Source: Chloroflexota bacterium (GTDB lineage: Bacteria > Chloroflexota > Dehalococcoidia > SZUA-161 > SpSt-899). Taken from it: a DNA stretch of 64,000 nucleotides. Positions 58,341 through 64,000 of the stretch are shown piece after piece. The notes under the pieces are model-generated. The model saw nothing but the letters and a program-made list of their open reading frames with translations, searched no databases and was not told the DNA's origin. The stretch spans positions 28,373 through 92,372 of the forward strand of contig JABMQN010000014.1 in the NCBI GenBank assembly GCA_013203045.1, given 5' to 3'. A program made the position numbers and the translations under genes. Numbering within the stretch: position 1 is the stretch's first letter; each line of letters starts with the position of its first letter.

Positions 58341-58778
58341 CTAGCAGCCACTCAGAACTATCGAAGCATCACCCGAAATGACGGTTTCCCCAGATTGATT
58401 CTGGCAAAGGACATTGCATTTAACTGAAGTCCCTTCCTCGGTTGTTTCAAGCTTTTTCACAGTGCCACTGATAGTCACGGTATCACCGGGCCGAGCGGGA
58501 GCTTTAAATCGAGTGTTGAGTTTTCCGCTTGTGAGCCAAACTTGGCCGAAGTTGGCTGTCATCATTTGTGAAACGTACGCAAGAATCAACATACCGTGCG
58601 CTATGGTGCCGCCCAGAGGTGTGTTCCTGGCGAATTCCTCGTTAATATGAATCGGATTAAAATCCTTACTCGCCTCTGCATAGAGATTGATATTCTCCTG
58701 AACAACTTCTTTCTTCATTTCATAGAGAGTTGTTCCCTCTTGAAGCGATGATACATCTAATCTCTTTTTTGTCCCCAT
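58341..58778 (-). CDS. MaoC family (hot-dog fold) dehydratase
   Basis: YAEASKDFNPIH, GTIAHGML, RFKAP.RPGD. Confidence 0.9.
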   Translation of the reverse strand: MGTKKRLDVSSLQEGTTLYEMKKEVVQENINLYAEASKDFNPIHINEEFARNTPLGGTIAHGMLILAYVSQMMTANFGQVWLTSGKLNTRFKAPARPGDTVTISGTVKKLETTEEGTSVKCNVLCQNQSGETVISGDASIVLSGC

Positions 58779-58799
58779 AATAATCCTCGATAGTGCGGT

Positions 58800-59201
58800 C
58801 TAGGGGAAATTGAAACTGCTTTTCCCGGAAATCAAAAGTGTCCCTTCTTTACCCACAACATCAAATTCGATATCAAGCAATCGTAGCCGACCACGCTCCT
58901 GTTTGCGACTGACACGAGCGCGACAATTTAATGTATCTCCTTCTGTTGCCATTGAGAGACATTGTAACTCCTGCGAAAGGTGTATTGTACCTTCAGGCAA
59001 CGCGACATGTTCCAGCAATGATATCAAAGCCCATGCAGCTACAGCCGTTGGTGGCACGATTCCTGTGCCTTCATAGAGACTGTCCAATTCGCCAGTCGAC
59101 TTCAAATATGCGGCAAGCGAATCAGAATCCAGGTTGAAACTTACGGCAGGGAATTGCTGACCTACTTCCAATTGCCTATATTCGAGTTTCTGTACTGTCA
59201 T
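58800..59201 (-). CDS. MaoC-like hot-dog partner subunit
   Basis: VGQQFP, VPPTAVAA, GTIHLSQEL, GD.L; lacks the D..P.H catalytic motif. Confidence 0.75.
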   Translation of the reverse strand: MTVQKLEYRQLEVGQQFPAVSFNLDSDSLAAYLKSTGELDSLYEGTGIVPPTAVAAWALISLLEHVALPEGTIHLSQELQCLSMATEGDTLNCRARVSRKQERGRLRLLDIEFDVVGKEGTLLISGKSSFNFP

Positions 59202-59281
59202 AAGTTCATCCCTTGTATTTTGACGTATCCCCCGGTATCGGAAGGAGATGAATGCATTATAGTCGAAATTACGATGTCTTG

Positions 59282-62200
59282 CTAGTGAATACCAGCATGA
59301 TGCTCCTTGAGGGATCGGACTTCTACGTGCCCCTGACGGTACGCAGCAATTCCCTTAGCAGCAGCGGCCGCTCCGGCCATTGTGGTGATATAAGGAACTC
59401 TATATTTGATCGCAGTCTTGCGGATGTAGGAATCATCATGCTTGCTTGTTTTACCAGCCGGTGTGTTGATGATCAGCTGAATCTCACCATCTATTATCCC
59501 GTCTACTAAATTGGGCTGGCCCTCATGTAGTTTGAGGATATGATCAGAATCAATCCCACTGTTATTTAATAGTTCCCGAGTTCCCTTTGTTGCTTTGATA
59601 CCAAAACCGAGTTCTTTGAACTGTCGAGCCACCGCAGCCACCGTTGCTTTGTCTTTATCCGCGATGGTGAAAAGTACACATCCTTCGGTTGGAAGTGGTT
59701 GCCGAGTAGCTTCTTCAGCTTTGAATAGCGCCATTCCAAAGGAATCGGCTATGCCTAGCACCTCTCCTGTAGATCGCATCTCAGGACCTAAAATCGGGTC
59801 CATCTCAGGGAACATGGGAAAGGGGAACACTGCTTGTTTAACTCCGTAATGTGGAATCGTGCGCTGTTTCAGTCCCAGATCGGCAATTTTCTTTCCCAGC
59901 ATTACTTCCGTTGCCAGCCGAGCCATAGATAACCCACAAACCTTCGAAACAATCGGCACAGTACGCGAGGCACGAGGATTCGCTTCAATGACGTAGACCT
60001 TATCCTCGCAAATGGCATATTGGATGTTCATCAATCCAATTACATTAAGCTCTTGTGCTATCTTCTTGGTGTATTCATTAATAGTATCAATATGCTTCTG
60101 AGGAAGGCTGACCGGCGGGATGACGCAGGCAGAATCGCCCGAATGAATCCTCGCCGGTTCAATGTGCTCCATGATTGCTGGTACGAATGCATCGGTTCCA
60201 TCGGCAATAGCGTCTGCTTCAACTTCGATAGCATTCTCTAAAAATCTGTCGATTAGTATCGGTCGATCCGGGGTAACATCGATGGCAGCAACAAAGTACT
60301 CCGTGAGCATCTCTTCATCATAGACTATCTCCATGCCCCGTCCACCGAGCACATAAGAAGGCCGTACCATTAGCGGATACCCGATTCTCTCAGCAATGAC
60401 TAACGCTTCATCCAGACTACTGGCCATTCCAGATTCGGCCATCGGAATGCCAAGCTTGTTCATCATACCCTGGAAACGATCCCGGTCTTCAGCCAGATCG
60501 ATGCTATCGAAACTCGATCCCAGAAGTGTCAGACCGCTACGTGTTAGTGGCTCCGCCAGGTTTATCGATGTCTGCCCTCCAAATTGTACAATCGATGCCG
60601 AGGGACTAGCTGACTCTGCTGTCTCATTCTCCAAGATATCGCGGATGCTTTCTTCATCAAGAGGTTCGAAATAAAGGCGATCGCTGGTGTCGAAGTCGGT
60701 AGAAACGGTCTCCGGATTAGAGTTGACCATGATGGCCTTCACCCCATTCTCCTGCAAAGCCCAGGCGGAATGGATACTGCAATAATCGAACTCAATACCC
60801 TGCCCGATTCTAATAGGTCCACTACCAATAACCAGCGCCTTTTCCCCTGCTATTGGAATAGCTTCATTTTCCTGTTCGTATGTACTATAAAAATAGGGGG
60901 TTTCTGCGGCGAATTCAGCCGCACAGGTGTCCACCATTTTGTATACCGGGCGCAGACCCCATTGATGCCGCATTTTTCGAATTTCCTCGGCAGAATGGTT
61001 TGCAAGGATGCCGATTTCTCTATCAGAGAAACCCATTCGCTTGGCATCTCGCATAAGCTCAGCAGCCAGCGGTTTTGAGCTTAGTTCAGTTTCCATCTCG
61101 ACAATATTGCGGAATTTCTCTAAAAACCAGGGATCGATGCCGCCAGTGCGGTGGCACAACTCTTCTGTGCTCATGCCCTGCCTGAGCGCAGCAAAGACCG
61201 CCCATAAACGCTGGTCAGTGGGTTCGAGCGGAAATGATCCGTCTCTCCATGTCGGATCCTCCCAAAGCAAAGTTCTGGTGCCAACTTCCAATGATCGCAC
61301 GGCTTTCTTCAGTGCCGCTTCGAAGGTACGCTCGATGGCCATGGTTTCGCCTGTGGATTTCATTTGCGTGCCGAGGTTACGATTCCCTTTGGTGAACTTG
61401 TCGAACGGCCATCGTGGGATTTTAACCACACAGTAATCCAATGCGGGTTCAAAAACAGCGGTGGTCTTCCCTGTCACTTTGTTCGCGATTTCATCGAGTG
61501 TTTTTCCCACCGCGATCTTGGCAGCCACTCGAGCGATGGGATAGCCTGTAGCCTTACTTGCCAGCGCAGAACTACGGCTCACACGGGGGTTCACTTCAAT
61601 TACATAGTATGGACTTTCACCTTCTCGACGCGTTCCAACGATAGGATGAGGTTCGAGTGCAAACTGAACGTTACACCCACCTTCGATCCCCAACGCTCGG
61701 ATGATTCGCAGGCTCGCGGAGCGAAGCATCTGATACTCTTTGTCCGTAAGTGTCTGGCTGGGAGCCACCACGATACTTTCACCCGTATGGATGCCCATAG
61801 GATCGATATTCTCCATATTGCAGATGGTAATGCAGTTGTCACTGCTATCTCGCATAACCTCGTACTCCATCTCCTTCCAACCGATGAGACACTTTTCTAA
61901 GAGAACTTGATGAATAGGACTCATAGCAATGCCATGGGAGGTGATCAGTTCCAACTCTTCCTCGGTTCTGGCAATACCCCCACCTGTTCCGCCAAGAGTA
62001 TATGCGGGTCGAATTACGAGTGGCAGACCGATGGATTGAGCCGCTTTTCGAGCCTCATTCATGTTGGTCACGGTTGCACTCTCAGGCACAGGTTCGCCAA
62101 TATCGATTAGCAGTTGTTTGAATAATCCTCGGTCTTCAGCAATCTGTATGGTTTCGATGGAGGTGCCTAATGTACGAACACCGTACTCATCCAATATTCC

Positions 62201-62506
62201 TGCTTCGGCTAAACCAACAGCTAAATTGAGTCCGGTTTGACCGCCAAGAGTAGGCAATAGACCGTCGGGGCGTTCCTTTTCGATTATCTTTTTTACGATT
62301 TTTACCGTGAGAGGTTCGATGTAGACAGTGTCAGCGATACCTTCGTCGGTCATGATTGTGGCCGGATTGGAGTTTACTAATACCGTAGTTATTCCCTCTT
62401 CGCGCAAAGCACGACACGCCTGGCTGCCGGAATAGTCGAACTCCGCCGCTTGCCCGATGATTATCGGGCCTGATCCTATGACAAGAACCTTGGATATGTT
62501 AGTCAT
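59282..62506 (-). CDS. carB: Carbamoyl-phosphate synthase large subunit
   Basis: IGSGPIIIGQAAEFDYSG, NSNPATIMTD, EVNPRVSRSSALASKATG, RIGQGIEFDY, RPSYVLGG, EANPRASRT, MGS domain. Confidence 0.96.
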   Translation of the reverse strand: MTNISKVLVIGSGPIIIGQAAEFDYSGSQACRALREEGITTVLVNSNPATIMTDEGIADTVYIEPLTVKIVKKIIEKERPDGLLPTLGGQTGLNLAVGLAEAGILDEYGVRTLGTSIETIQIAEDRGLFKQLLIDIGEPVPESATVTNMNEARKAAQSIGLPLVIRPAYTLGGTGGGIARTEEELELITSHGIAMSPIHQVLLEKCLIGWKEMEYEVMRDSSDNCITICNMENIDPMGIHTGESIVVAPSQTLTDKEYQMLRSASLRIIRALGIEGGCNVQFALEPHPIVGTRREGESPYYVIEVNPRVSRSSALASKATGYPIARVAAKIAVGKTLDEIANKVTGKTTAVFEPALDYCVVKIPRWPFDKFTKGNRNLGTQMKSTGETMAIERTFEAALKKAVRSLEVGTRTLLWEDPTWRDGSFPLEPTDQRLWAVFAALRQGMSTEELCHRTGGIDPWFLEKFRNIVEMETELSSKPLAAELMRDAKRMGFSDREIGILANHSAEEIRKMRHQWGLRPVYKMVDTCAAEFAAETPYFYSTYEQENEAIPIAGEKALVIGSGPIRIGQGIEFDYCSIHSAWALQENGVKAIMVNSNPETVSTDFDTSDRLYFEPLDEESIRDILENETAESASPSASIVQFGGQTSINLAEPLTRSGLTLLGSSFDSIDLAEDRDRFQGMMNKLGIPMAESGMASSLDEALVIAERIGYPLMVRPSYVLGGRGMEIVYDEEMLTEYFVAAIDVTPDRPILIDRFLENAIEVEADAIADGTDAFVPAIMEHIEPARIHSGDSACVIPPVSLPQKHIDTINEYTKKIAQELNVIGLMNIQYAICEDKVYVIEANPRASRTVPIVSKVCGLSMARLATEVMLGKKIADLGLKQRTIPHYGVKQAVFPFPMFPEMDPILGPEMRSTGEVLGIADSFGMALFKAEEATRQPLPTEGCVLFTIADKDKATVAAVARQFKELGFGIKATKGTRELLNNSGIDSDHILKLHEGQPNLVDGIIDGEIQLIINTPAGKTSKHDDSYIRKTAIKYRVPYITTMAGAAAAAKGIAAYRQGHVEVRSLKEHHAGIH

Positions 62507-63618
62507 TTCATTCCTTTGTGACTCTTGACCATCTTCTCCTTCACCATCTCCACAAATCGCTCAAAAAGATACATATTATCCAGTGGGCCGGGTGAAGCCT
62601 CGGAGTGGTACTGAATGGTAAAGAGCGGCAGTTCGCGGTGCCTCAATCCCTCGACAGTGCCATCATTCAAATTGATGTGTGAAACCTCAAGTCCACCTTT
62701 AACCGTATCGGCATCAATGGCATAGCCGTGATTTTGTGCGGTAATGTAAACGCGACCAGTTTCGATATCTTTGACCGGGTGATTCGCACCTCGATGCCCG
62801 AATTTGAGCTTGAACGTTTCAGCTCCGAATGCCCGTCCGATCAACTGATGCCCCAAACATATACCCATTACCGGCTTTTTTTCAACGAGTTCCCTAATGG
62901 TGCCAATGAGGTAGTCCAGCAAGGCAGGATCGCCAGGGCCGGGCGAAAAGAAAATGCCGTCAGGGTTTAGCTCCATAACGTCTTCTGCGCTGGTAGTACA
63001 GGGCAGGACAGTGACGGAGCATCCAAGTCGATGCAAACTCCGCAGGATACTGAACTTGGTGCCCGAATCAAGCAAGGCAATTCTGGGTCCGGTTTGCTCC
63101 CTTGAAGGTTCCCACTCGAAAGCTTCTTTGGTAGTTACTTCCTTCACGAAATCGATGGTGTCGTAACGGGGCATGTTCTCCAGACGTGCCAGTGCTTCCG
63201 GTGTATTCTCCCCCACGGCGATGATGCCCATCATCACTCCGCGGGAGCGAAGCTTCCGAACCAGCGCTCTCGTGTCTACACCGGTAATCCCGGGGATGTC
63301 CTGTGATTTCAGGTATTCATCTAGGGTTCGGGTGCTCAAACCGTGGCTGGGTATTTCACATTCTTCCCGGACTACAAATCCAGCAACCTGTATTCCTTTC
63401 GATTCGTAGTCCTGTTCGTTAATGCCGTAGTTGCCGATCATTGGGTAGGTGGGGATTACTATCTGTCCGGCAAATGACGGGTCGGTTAAAACCTCCTGAT
63501 AACCTGTCATGCTGGTAGTGAAGACCACTTCACCGGAGGTCTGTAACTCAGCCCCAAAGGAATGACCTTCGTAAACCGATCCGTCTTCCAGTGCCAGAAA
63601 TACTTTTTGCTTATTCAC
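62503..63618 (-). CDS. carA: Carbamoyl-phosphate synthase small subunit
   Basis: GEVVFTT.MTGYQE, SPGPGDP, GICLGHQ, GHRGANHP, QNHG, QYHSEASPGP. Confidence 0.96.
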   Translation of the reverse strand: MNKQKVFLALEDGSVYEGHSFGAELQTSGEVVFTTSMTGYQEVLTDPSFAGQIVIPTYPMIGNYGINEQDYESKGIQVAGFVVREECEIPSHGLSTRTLDEYLKSQDIPGITGVDTRALVRKLRSRGVMMGIIAVGENTPEALARLENMPRYDTIDFVKEVTTKEAFEWEPSREQTGPRIALLDSGTKFSILRSLHRLGCSVTVLPCTTSAEDVMELNPDGIFFSPGPGDPALLDYLIGTIRELVEKKPVMGICLGHQLIGRAFGAETFKLKFGHRGANHPVKDIETGRVYITAQNHGYAIDADTVKGGLEVSHINLNDGTVEGLRHRELPLFTIQYHSEASPGPLDNMYLFERFVEMVKEKMVKSHKGMK

Positions 63619-63806
63619 CCTATCGACTCTTTCTTAATAGTTCTCTTATTGCCCATAAGAATACCTCTTACCAAATTGGCAAGAGGCATTCGTTAAATTT
63701 CTTTATTCGATTCATTTGTGTTTCCCTTGCCGATCTCTCGGGATCGGTTTAAAGGTTTCTTTGACTATACCGCAATTATGTTACAGTCATGTTACAAAAA
63801 TTAACT

Positions 63807-64000
63807 TCACTTTATATCGGCGTGATAGCTTTGAAGTGATCTGACCCCTGCAGCGCCTCTGCGATGTGCTGCGATTCCTCTGACTGCCGCAGCCGCTCCG
63901 GCCAGAGTCGTGATATACGGGATTTTGTGTTTGATCGCTGCTTTGCGAATGTAGGAATCGTCATATTGACTTCGCTTGCCAACCGGAGTATTGATTACCA
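63807..64000 (-). CDS. carB: 3' end of a second carbamoyl-phosphate synthase large subunit (partial)
   Basis: Hand translation VINTPVGKRSQYDDSYIRKAAIKHKIPYITTLAGAAAAVRGIAAHRRG...VRSLQSYHADIK* parallels the C-terminus of 59282-62506. Confidence 0.85.
   Translation of the reverse strand, partial: VINTPVGKRSQYDDSYIRKAAIKHKIPYITTLAGAAAAVRGIAAHRRGAAGVRSLQSYHADIK

Overview
Gene-dense bacterial window of moderate GC. The housekeeping proteins and their order (rplU-rpmA-rpmE; apgM-tpiA-miaA...dapL-hflX; tyrS-ribF; tsaD; carAB) suggest an anaerobic Chloroflexota, probably Dehalococcoidia-like (inference). The left third holds two corrinoid methyl-transfer systems. System 1 (1-13276) is a corrinoid protein, a pyrrolysine-free MtmB-family methyltransferase, a methyl-THF:corrinoid methyltransferase, DUF1638 and a KstD-like 3-ketosteroid dehydrogenase (missing from the ORF track), next to two Lrp regulators, Liv-type permeases, a degenerate acyl-CoA synthetase, an SDR and a RACo activator. 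It resembles the cobalamin-dependent steroid C19 methylation/demethylation systems and is the top candidate. System 2 (16906-24332) has two pyrrolysine-free MttB homologues and a RACo-CBS fusion. Other notable items: a four-gene cassette with an orphan protein resembling tRNA-dependent cyclodipeptide synthases plus a cNMP-binding protein and a patatin; a 1445-aa nucleotidyltransferase-PMI-PMM triple fusion; a cohesin/dockerin surface pair; probable ATT/ATA starts for rplU and hflX; a palindromic element inserted in-frame in lhr; an ISAs1-like MITE carrying REPs; two single-lesion broken genes; and a duplicated carB. I saw no rRNA, tRNA or CRISPR array. All family calls come from motif recognition, not database searches.
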